A stretch of 36,964 nucleotides of DNA from a virus: the IMG/VR virus record IMGVR_UViG_3300036944_000932. One strand, given 5' to 3'. Of the stretch, positions 9,408 to 15,683 are shown in pieces (the first letter of the stretch is position 1; every line of letters starts with the position of its first letter). A program made the position numbers and the translations under genes. The notes beneath the pieces were generated by a model that worked only from the letters and a program-made list of their open reading frames with translations, was not told where the DNA came from and did no database searches.

Positions 9408-9925
9408 ACCCGCTGTCATGGCGTATTGGCGGTGCACTGCTGGCGATTGCGCTACTGATGGCCGGGAGCGGTGCGGCTGCTTGGCAGTGGCAGGCGAACA
9501 GTTTCGGTTTGCGACTCGCGGAACAGTCCCGCCTACATCAGGGCGACCTGACCGCGATCAGCAATGCGGCATCTGCTCAGGTGCGTGCCGACCAGGACAA
9601 ACGACTCGCCCTCGAGCAGCGCCTTTCGGCCAGCGACCAAACACACCACGAGGCTTTGACCAATGCTCAAAAAGACCAGGCTCGCCTGCGCGATCGGCTC
9701 GCTACTTCTGATCTGCGGCTGTCAGTCCTTCTCGACGCCACGGATTCAGCCGGTGACTGCTCAGTGCCAGCCGGTGCCGCAGCCGGCGGCGTGGTTCATG
9801 CAGCCGTACGCGCCCGACTTGACCCAGCGCATGCTCAACGAATTGTCGCCATCACCGACGCCGGCGATCAGGGATTGATTGCACTGGCCGCTTGCCAGGC
9901 ATACGTGCGGGAAGTGTCACACTGA
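9404..9925 (+). CDS. Rz: i-spanin (Rz-like)
   Basis: GTG 9404 overlaps the lysin stop (GTGA). It has an N-terminal TM (IGGALLAIALLMAGSG) plus a coiled-coil periplasmic domain and a C-terminal Cys. An alternative TTG start exists at 9377. Confidence 0.8.
   Translation: MNPLSWRIGGALLAIALLMAGSGAAAWQWQANSFGLRLAEQSRLHQGDLTAISNAASAQVRADQDKRLALEQRLSASDQTHHEALTNAQKDQARLRDRLATSDLRLSVLLDATDSAGDCSVPAGAAAGGVVHAAVRARLDPAHAQRIVAITDAGDQGLIALAACQAYVREVSH
9663..9878 (+). CDS. Rz1: o-spanin (Rz1-like lipoprotein) embedded in the +1 frame of Rz
   Basis: Lipobox LLICGC. The mature part CQPVPQPAAWFMQPYAPDLTQRMLNELSPS parallels lambda Rz1 (CVKPPPPPAWIMQPPPDWQTPLNGIISPS). Confidence 0.8.
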   Translation: MLKKTRLACAIGSLLLICGCQSFSTPRIQPVTAQCQPVPQPAAWFMQPYAPDLTQRMLNELSPSPTPAIRD

Positions 9926-9952
9926 AGAGCGGGGTAGATATCTGAAATGCAA

Positions 9953-9989
9953 AGCCCCGAAGGTTCGCGGCTTCGGGGCTTCTATTTTC
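9953..9989 (+). terminator. Rho-independent terminator ending the late operon
   Basis: 10-bp stem agccccgaag/cttcggggct (9953-9962 / 9971-9980), followed by tctatttt. Confidence 0.8.
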
Positions 9990-10179
9990 GCCTCCATCCC
10001 TTAATGGTTGACGAACGTGGCCCGGAGAATACCAGCGGCCTTTGAGTAATTCACTACGACTATCGGAGATTGTGTTCGGCCGGCAGGACGCCGGTGGAGG
10101 TGGTATTTCAGATAAGCGGCATGGGGCGATTCTGTGGATAACTCAATCGCCGCGAAAAACAATGTACGTCTATTTGTAC

Positions 10180-10222
10180 GTTTGGCAGAAAAACAAAGGG
10201 CCTGCATCGCTGCAAGCCCTTG
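10180..10222 (-). terminator. Hairpin plus T-run immediately 3' of the tRNA fragment (phage-supplied tRNA terminator; also usable on the + strand)
   Basis: Stem aagggc...gccctt (10196-10201 / 10216-10221) with inner tgca pairing. It is flanked by tgtttt on the + strand and tttgtttttctg on the - strand. Confidence 0.55.
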
Positions 10223-10229
10223 TTTTAAA

Positions 10230-10278
10230 TGGTGCCGGCACCAGGAGTCGAACCCGGGACCTACTGATTACAAGTCAG
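10230..10278 (-). other. attP core: 3' 49 nt of a tRNA-Thr(UGU) gene (anticodon arm to CCA), not a complete tRNA
   Basis: The reverse complement reads ctgaCTTGTAAtcagtaggtcccgggttcgactcctggtgccggcacca. This gives anticodon loop CUUGUAA, a T-arm, the acceptor 3' strand and CCA. It closely parallels E. coli thrU from memory. No D-arm or 5' acceptor strand follows. Confidence 0.8.
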
Positions 10279-10462
10279 CCCCCTTAGTCAGTATCGGCAT
10301 AGCGTGCAGAGCTTCTTTTGTACGTTAGTTATATGGGTTTCGCCCTTGTTTTGCTGGTAACGCCGCCATTGATGTACGCGGAAAAGACTGGGGTTCTGTC
10401 CAGCATTCTCTACCTCCTGACTGTGGATAAAGCTGTGGGCAGCTTTTGGTTTAATCAGTTGC

Positions 10463-11611
10463 TCAATCACCCGACGGGTTAACGGTTGGCACGCTGAGGT
10501 CGTACACATCCATCATTGATTCGTCCTTGTGCCCGGACGCTTGTTGCTTGTCTGCGCGGGTTCCCACCGTGTCGGTGATGCCCTTGCGCTTGAAGTCGTG
10601 CATACCGAAGCGCTGCTCCTCGGTGAGGATTCCTTTGTCGATCGCCTGGACGATCAGCCGCTGGAAGGCAGTGTCGAGCCCGGACTTCGACAACTGCATG
10701 CCGGTGGCTGAGATGATCAGGAAGCGCTGGTCTGCGCGGATCGGGACGGGGACACGCTTGCGCTCCCAGGTTTCCGATCTGACGGCCTTGGCTGCATCCC
10801 AGGCGGCGCGCAGGCGAGTAGACCAGCGGACGATGTTGTCCCGGCTTCCCTTGCGGCGGTTTGTGAGGACGCCTTCGGTGAGCTCGTTCTCGTCGGTGAG
10901 GGTGATCGTCTCGATACCGCGTAGGCGGCAGAGGTATCCGATTTCCATCACGTACCACAGGTAAGGGGAGCAGGCCCCGGGCTGGCCGCTCTTGAGCTGG
11001 CCTTGCTGCTGCGCGAACCTGATGAGATTGACCATCACCGTGTCGTCGGGCAGCCTCCGCTGCTTGCGCTCTTTGGGCGACTCGATGCCTTTGGCGGGGT
11101 TGTCCTTCACGAACCCACGGTTGCGACCCCATTGCATCACGCGGCGCAGGTAGCGCAGGGCGTGCGCGGCCTTCGATGGCTTTCCCTCCTGAGCGATCTT
11201 GTCGATGATCCTCTGGATCAGTGCTGGCGTGAACTTGAGCACCGCCAGCTCGCCCAGCGGCTTGCCTAATTTTGTCGGGAACGCCAGAAGTACGTCGCGG
11301 GAGTAGACGTAGTCGTCGTGAGTTTTCGGGCTGAGCACCTTGTACTGGTCGCTCTTGTGGAATTCGTCGCATAGATACTGGAGGCTGTCGCGGTCTACGC
11401 CGTTGCGTTCCTCGATGAGGCGGTGAAGCTCTGACAGCGTCACGTTACCCGCACACAGGTTTTGCCGCTGGCGCCTGCCGGCTTCATTGAAATAGAGGAT
11501 GTACCAGCACCCCGCCCCGCGGTGGTCGAAATACACCGACCGTGGCAGGGCCGCCTGGTCAATGTGCCCAGGTATGTTCGGGTTGTGCTGGCGCTTCCTT
11601 CCTCGCTTCAT
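10463..11611 (-). CDS. int: Tyrosine integrase with N-terminal arm-binding domain
   Basis: 382 aa. Motifs CRLRGIE, HDFKRKG and GHKDESMMDVY (R..H..R..H/Y). It lies adjacent to the tRNA-derived attP. Confidence 0.9.
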   Translation of the reverse strand: MKRGRKRQHNPNIPGHIDQAALPRSVYFDHRGAGCWYILYFNEAGRRQRQNLCAGNVTLSELHRLIEERNGVDRDSLQYLCDEFHKSDQYKVLSPKTHDDYVYSRDVLLAFPTKLGKPLGELAVLKFTPALIQRIIDKIAQEGKPSKAAHALRYLRRVMQWGRNRGFVKDNPAKGIESPKERKQRRLPDDTVMVNLIRFAQQQGQLKSGQPGACSPYLWYVMEIGYLCRLRGIETITLTDENELTEGVLTNRRKGSRDNIVRWSTRLRAAWDAAKAVRSETWERKRVPVPIRADQRFLIISATGMQLSKSGLDTAFQRLIVQAIDKGILTEEQRFGMHDFKRKGITDTVGTRADKQQASGHKDESMMDVYDLSVPTVNPSGD

Positions 11612-11814
11612 ACAATGTCCGCGTCATACTTTTCTTGATCGATTGGCTTGAGGCCGCCCGCCTGGTTGACCAGGTCGACGGTGGTCCAAGGCCCCTTTCT
11701 CCCGAGGAATATTCGTATTCCTTCCCCGCGCAGCGCCTTCTCCACGTCAGCACGCCGCGTATAGCCGGTGATCCGCTGCAATTCCTCAAACTCTATGACT
11801 CTAGCCGCGCTCAT
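11608..11814 (-). CDS. xis: Putative excisionase / recombination directionality factor (DUF4224-like)
   Basis: 68 aa. Its stop overlaps the int start. The pattern FEELQRITGYTRRADVEKALRGEGIRIF..RKGPWTT fits DUF4224 proteins found next to integrases. Confidence 0.65.
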   Translation of the reverse strand: MSAARVIEFEELQRITGYTRRADVEKALRGEGIRIFLGRKGPWTTVDLVNQAGGLKPIDQEKYDADIV

Positions 11815-12077
11815 GTCTGCCCGCCTTCGTGTCGCGACACGTTTTCGTTAACCGTGGATTGTGTCGCGACCGTCACGTACAGCCCGCCGCGCTCGATGCA
11901 AAATGCATCCTCCATGCGCACCACCACTTTCAGCCTGGGCTGACACATACCCGCCTCGTACTTGCAGATCATGCTCGCAGTGACACCGAGGTTGTCAGCA
12001 AGGTCTCGCTGGGTGGTGCCGGCCCGAGCCCGAAGTAGTGCCAGCTTCTCACCGTCGAAAATTGGCTTGCTGTTCAT
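11811..12077 (-). CDS. XRE-family HTH protein
   Basis: LALLRARAGTTQRDLADNLGVTASMICKYEAG is a canonical HTH_3 motif. The gene overlaps the xis start. Confidence 0.75.
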   Translation of the reverse strand: MNSKPIFDGEKLALLRARAGTTQRDLADNLGVTASMICKYEAGMCQPRLKVVVRMEDAFCIERGGLYVTVATQSTVNENVSRHEGGQT

Positions 12078-12079
12078 GG

Positions 12080-12322
12080 TCAGCTCCTGTTCACCGGCGG
12101 CAAGGCTGGTTTCGACTCAATGAAGCTGCTGGCGCTGTTCTCGCCGCCGATGTGGCGGTAGTAGTCGATCTCTACCTTGGCGCTCTCGATCAGCACGCGA
12201 CTGATGTCGGAAACGGAGGTGGCGCGCTGTACTTCCTTTGCCAAGTTCTCGTCAGTGGCTTCGCGTACCGCTTCAAGCTGTGCAAAAAGATGGTCGCGCA
12301 GATCGGTAAGTTTGTTTTTCAT
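12080..12322 (-). CDS. Hypothetical 80-aa protein (predicted helical, acidic)
   Basis: ATG 12322 overlaps the upstream stop (ATGA). Composition is coding-like. Confidence 0.55.
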   Translation of the reverse strand: MKNKLTDLRDHLFAQLEAVREATDENLAKEVQRATSVSDISRVLIESAKVEIDYYRHIGGENSASSFIESKPALPPVNRS

Positions 12323-12843
12323 GACTTCTTATCCCGTATTGCTCTCTTGAGGTCCTGCTGGGCCAGGATCACGTCCTGTAACTCAGCGGGATATTTGCGC
12401 ACTTGATTCCGCCTGCAATGCTCGTCCTTGGTCACCAGTTTGAGGTTGGCCAAGTCTGTGTTCCTCATATTTCCGTCCTCTGCGACAAGTACACAGTCGT
12501 CAGGAACAGGGCCGTTAGCCTGCTCCCAGACCCAGCGATGCTCGAGCACCCACTTGCCATTTGGCAGCTTCACCCGGATGTAACGCCCGTCATCCCGTCG
12601 CTCTCCCGGCTCAACCCAGTTGTGGCTTGATGGGCCGAGTGGATATGGCCTGAATCGGGTGGCGCCCGATACTGACTGGTCGCGCCTCAGCCCAAGGTTG
12701 GCGGCCTTGTTCTTGATCTGGCCGGCCGTCTTGCCTATCTTCGTTTCCAGTTCGGGCATTGGTGTCAGCGGGTAAAGCTCCGTCAGCATTGCGACTTCTT
12801 GCTCTGTCCACCTCCGCCCAATCCCATTCTCACGCACGACCAT
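12319..12843 (-). CDS. HNH_3-like endonuclease-fold protein with N-terminal Myb/SANT-like domain
   Basis: VLEHRWVWEQANGPVP....AEDGNMRNTDLANLKLVT matches the HNH_3 pattern, except that Glu replaces the His before DGN. The N-terminus RWTEQEVAMLTELY...IKNKAANLGL is SANT-like. Confidence 0.7.
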   Translation of the reverse strand: MVVRENGIGRRWTEQEVAMLTELYPLTPMPELETKIGKTAGQIKNKAANLGLRRDQSVSGATRFRPYPLGPSSHNWVEPGERRDDGRYIRVKLPNGKWVLEHRWVWEQANGPVPDDCVLVAEDGNMRNTDLANLKLVTKDEHCRRNQVRKYPAELQDVILAQQDLKRAIRDKKS

Positions 12844-12997
12844 GGCCCTGTTGAAAATGGTCAGCCAGCACCCGGCGCGCGTCGATACCGCACGAAGCCG
12901 ACATAGCGTAGATCTGGCCGAACGTGGTTTCCCGGCGCTGCAGGGCGTTGAACAGCTCGATCAGGCGCTGGCCCTTGGTTCCGTTGCGGCGGTTCAT
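12830..12997 (-). CDS. Unlisted 55-aa ORF (below the track cutoff), possible small winged-helix/DNA-binding protein
   Basis: Hand translation gives MNRRNGTKGQRLIELFNALQRRETTFGQIYAMSASCGIDARRVLADHFQQGHGRA*. Its ATG overlaps the upstream stop (ATGA at 12994-12997) and its end overlaps the HNH start. Third codon positions are GC-rich. Confidence 0.45.
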   Translation of the reverse strand: MNRRNGTKGQRLIELFNALQRRETTFGQIYAMSASCGIDARRVLADHFQQGHGRA

Positions 12998-13263
12998 AGC
13001 TGTAACCCGTTTCCCTGTGGGAGCGGGGTGGCCTGCTGCAGCCCATTTTCAAGCACTGAGCTGGCCGGAGAGGCCCGTCCCGCTTCGTGCGCCGGGGCGG
13101 CGGTCTGCGGGAGCGAACTGTCCGGCAAGCAACTGATGCCGGTGTTGTTCACGATCCAGCAGGTGACGCCCCGCACGCTGTCGTGCTGGACGCTGATCAA
13201 CTGGTCGCCGGCGGCAGCCTGACCGGCGATCAGCAGCAGGATGGCGATGATCATTGCTCGCAT
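12994..13263 (-). CDS. Small secreted protein (signal peptide, 2 Cys)
   Basis: A GAGGAG RBS lies 8 nt upstream of ATG 13263. [19 protein letters not shown] is a signal peptide. Confidence 0.6.
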   Translation of the reverse strand: MRAMIIAILLLIAGQAAAGDQLISVQHDSVRGVTCWIVNNTGISCLPDSSLPQTAAPAHEAGRASPASSVLENGLQQATPLPQGNGLQL

Positions 13264-13664
13264 GGTTGCAGCTCCTCGGAAAACTCGTCGACGATGGGCC
13301 AGTCGAGCGCAGCAGCGTCAATCAGCCTGTCCAGGTCATGGCCGCCAACCGGGTCTCCCATGCCTATGCGCACTATCGGTACGTTGGCCGATCCAGTGCC
13401 CAGAGCCCCGTCACGCAACCAGCGGTACCGGCTCGCCTCGGCGGCCATCTGAATGTGGCCATCGATGCAGAACTCTTCCGAGTCCAAACTCGGTGTCACA
13501 ACGTCACGATCACTCGCGCCGGCGATCACAGCCAGGCCCCGTCCAATGGAAACGTGGGCGCCGAGCTGGACGAAGGGCGCGATCTGCTCCAGCGTCTGCC
13601 CGTCCGCAGGGCGCAGTACTATGCTGATCCGGTCGATCACCGGACGGAGAGTTTTGCTATGCAT
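13251..13664 (-). CDS. Hypothetical 137-aa protein translationally coupled to the CsrA homologue (contains an RYRWLRD motif)
   Basis: An AAGGAG RBS lies 7 nt upstream of ATG 13664, which overlaps the CsrA stop (ATGCATAG). The track N-terminal extension to 13817 lies inside the csrA-like gene. Confidence 0.65.
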   Translation of the reverse strand: MHSKTLRPVIDRISIVLRPADGQTLEQIAPFVQLGAHVSIGRGLAVIAGASDRDVVTPSLDSEEFCIDGHIQMAAEASRYRWLRDGALGTGSANVPIVRIGMGDPVGGHDLDRLIDAAALDWPIVDEFSEELQPCEQ

Positions 13665-13956
13665 TTGCAGGCTCCTTGGTGCCGCCATTTGCTTTGGATG
13701 CTTGCTCCTGAGCCAGAAGCTCGCGCCATTCAGCTTCGGTGCGATTCGCGAATAGAGGTTCTTCCGCTGCAGCGTTGACTGCAGGTTTCGGGATCTCACC
13801 AGCCTTGCGGATGGCAATCTCTTCGCGATCTACCGGCACGCCTTTTGGCGCATCGATGCCAAGGCGTACCTGCTGGCCTTTAACGCCCAGGACCGTGACT
13901 GTGATGTCGTTGCCAATGCGGATTACTTCGCCTGGCTTTCGAGTGAGGATCAACAT
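13657..13956 (-). CDS. csrA: CsrA/RsmA-family RNA-binding protein with about 40-aa C-terminal extension
   Basis: [47 protein letters not shown] aligns with E. coli Csr[48 protein letters not shown]. An AAGGAG RBS lies 7 nt upstream of ATG 13956. The track start at 13962 is a TTG. Confidence 0.88.
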   Translation of the reverse strand: MLILTRKPGEVIRIGNDITVTVLGVKGQQVRLGIDAPKGVPVDREEIAIRKAGEIPKPAVNAAAEEPLFANRTEAEWRELLAQEQASKANGGTKEPANA

Positions 13957-14009
13957 GGTCAAACTCCTTGTTGATGATGGGATGGTGAATCACCACCCCA
14001 TCAGGGTGA

Positions 14010-14837
14010 TTACTTACCGATGCCGATGAATGGAGTTGCGGTTCCGCTGGTCATGTAGACCGGCAGCTTCCCGTCCCACTTCTCGATAGCGTTGAGCTCG
14101 ACGACTCCAGGGTTCTTGCGCAGCGCTTCACCGCGGATGTTCAGCGACTCAGCTTCGCCCTGGGCCTTGAGGATGGCTGCGTCTTTGTCACCCTGGGCTG
14201 CGGCACGAACCTTGGCGGCTTCAGCTTCGGTCTGTCGCAGCTCGTTCTCCCGCTGTTGGGCCTTCTGAGTGGCGGTGATGCTGTTGTTCAACGCCTCCAC
14301 AACCTGGGGCGGCAGCACGATCTCGCCATTCAAGTAGAGCGACTCGACCACGATGCCTTTGCTTTCGAAGTGCTGCTGAACCTGCTGCTCGATGGCCTTC
14401 AGGAACGCCTCTTTGCCTGGCCCGTACACTTCGGACGCCTTGACCTTCGATCCGGCATTGTTGAAGGCATTGCGCACCACCTGTGGCACGTTCACCTGGA
14501 TGATTTCGTCCATCGACTTGCGATAAGTCTGGAACAGCAGCGGGGCAGCACCTGGCTTGGCGCGTAGCGTGATGCCGATCGGCGCGCTGATCGTCATGCC
14601 GTCACGATCCTGGAACTTGACCTGCTGCAGATTGAAGTTCTGGGCGAAAGTCGGGAACAGGAATAACTCCTCGTTCGGCGTCAGCCACTTGTAGCCGACC
14701 GTGGCCTCGGTGGGAGCCACCCCTTTGTCGCTACCCATAAGGTTCACGATTACGCCCGTGTAGCCGGCGGGCACCTTCGAGCACCCCGCCGTGATGGCAA
14801 GAAGGCACAGCAATGCAACAGCGGCAATCCGCTTCAT
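14010..14837 (-). CDS. SPFH/Band-7 (prohibitin/HflC-like) lipoprotein
   Basis: Lipobox LAITAGC. An SPFH-like core (PAGYTGVIVN..., ...VVESLYLNGEIVLPPQVVEA) is followed by an Ala/Glu-rich coiled coil. A GAGGA RBS precedes the ATG, which overlaps the upstream stop. Confidence 0.8.
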   Translation of the reverse strand: MKRIAAVALLCLLAITAGCSKVPAGYTGVIVNLMGSDKGVAPTEATVGYKWLTPNEELFLFPTFAQNFNLQQVKFQDRDGMTISAPIGITLRAKPGAAPLLFQTYRKSMDEIIQVNVPQVVRNAFNNAGSKVKASEVYGPGKEAFLKAIEQQVQQHFESKGIVVESLYLNGEIVLPPQVVEALNNSITATQKAQQRENELRQTEAEAAKVRAAAQGDKDAAILKAQGEAESLNIRGEALRKNPGVVELNAIEKWDGKLPVYMTSGTATPFIGIGK

Positions 14838-15082
14838 AGATTTTCCTCTTTGGTATTAGCCGCTAACTCACGGCGATTTGCGAATAGGTGGGCGGCGAGG
14901 CAGATCGACGCAATCAGCCAAAGCGCGATCAAACCGAAGCCGAGGAAGACCATCACGTCGGATTCAGCACTGATCAGCGCAGGGCAGATGCCGCGCAGTA
15001 GAACGAATGAGAGAGCCAGGTAGAACGTTGCTGAAAGCAGCCTCAACAAAAGCAGGCCTGGCTTGATATTTACTTGTGGCAT
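14834..15082 (-). CDS. Small 2-TM membrane protein coupled to the SPFH gene
   Basis: A GGAGA RBS lies 5 nt upstream of ATG 15082. Two hydrophobic spans are present (LLLLRLLSATFYLALSFVLL, VMVFLGFGLIALWLIASICLAA). Its stop overlaps the SPFH ATG (ATGA). Confidence 0.65.
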   Translation of the reverse strand: MPQVNIKPGLLLLRLLSATFYLALSFVLLRGICPALISAESDVMVFLGFGLIALWLIASICLAAHLFANRRELAANTKEENL

Positions 15083-15145
15083 CACTTTCTCCAGGCCGAA
15101 CGAATCCCGGCCGCGTTATTGGCTTTCGTGAAAAATCAGGTTGGG

Positions 15146-15523
15146 TTAAGCGGTTTGAATGGCTTCGATCCGGCGCACTGCAGCGCGGGTTTCGATACGA
15201 CGCTCACCCTGGCGGCAGAGGCGGTTCATGTGATCGTCTGTGATCGCTGCGTGACCGGTGAGGACCGCGCACATCAGCACCACCAAGTGCCGTGCAATTC
15301 CACGACAGAACAGTTCAGTAGGGATCGCCGATCTGCTGGTTACACCGAGCTTGTAAAAGATGCGCTCAATTGATTTTTTGACGGTGCCGGGAGCGCAGCC
15401 AATAACCCGGGCGATTTCCTTGTTAGCAAGACCGGCGCACACGGCAAGGGCAGCGCGCAATTCTTGCTCTGCGAGAATGCCGGTTGTTCCCTGCAGCTTG
15501 CCGAAATTGATAACCGTGCTCAT
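15146..15523 (-). CDS. LuxR/GerE-type HTH protein with a hydrophobic C-terminal half
   Basis: LAEQELRAALAVCAGLANKEIARVIGCAPGTVKKSIERIFYKLGV is a GerE-type HTH, followed by HLVVLMCAVLTGHAAI. It is the first gene of the leftward operon. Confidence 0.75.
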   Translation of the reverse strand: MSTVINFGKLQGTTGILAEQELRAALAVCAGLANKEIARVIGCAPGTVKKSIERIFYKLGVTSRSAIPTELFCRGIARHLVVLMCAVLTGHAAITDDHMNRLCRQGERRIETRAAVRRIEAIQTA

Positions 15524-15551
15524 CTCTTCTATCCGCCTTGTGCGTGTTAAT

Positions 15552-15601
15552 GGATAAAAATATAAGCAGATTTATAGGAGTAGGCAAGCAGTATTTTTAT
15601 G
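15552..15601 (-). promoter_or_regulatory. PL-like leftward early promoter flanked by two operator-like ATAAAAATA motifs
   Basis: On the minus strand: -35 TTGCCT (15587-15582), 17 nt, -10 TATATT (15564-15559). Motif copies lie at 15554-15566 (+) and 15589-15601 (-), overlapping the -10 and abutting the -35. Confidence 0.5.
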
Positions 15602-15641
15602 ATTTTTACCAGTCCACTGTTTTTCCTTAATCAATAGGCGC

Positions 15642-15664
15642 AAAAAAGCCCGGCGAACCGGGCT
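15642..15664 (-). terminator. Rho-independent terminator after cI
   Basis: The minus strand reads agcccgg-ttcg-ccgggct followed by tttttt, 20 nt beyond the cI stop. Confidence 0.75.
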
Positions 15665-15683
15665 CTGCTGACTCGTGCATTGA

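Noticed and set aside
10230-10303. A complete tRNA gene, and a possible 5' tRNA remnant (CGGCATAGC at 10295-10303, + strand).
   Set aside because: Only the anticodon arm, T-arm and acceptor 3' strand are present, with no D-arm or 5' acceptor. The 9-mer is on the opposite strand, and part of it follows from the palindromic TGCCGGCA acceptor sequence, so it is too short to interpret.
10001-10328. ORFs 10001-10207(-), 10042-10287(+) and 10134-10328(+) across the attachment region.
   Set aside because: They run through the terminator hairpin and the tRNA fragment. They have no RBS and non-protein-like composition. The region is better explained as attP arms.
11811-12322. The HTH (88 aa) plus 80-aa pair as a toxin-antitoxin module.
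   Set aside because: Neither protein shows a toxin fold motif that I can recognise. The tight packing is shared by every gene in this operon, so adjacency alone is not evidence.
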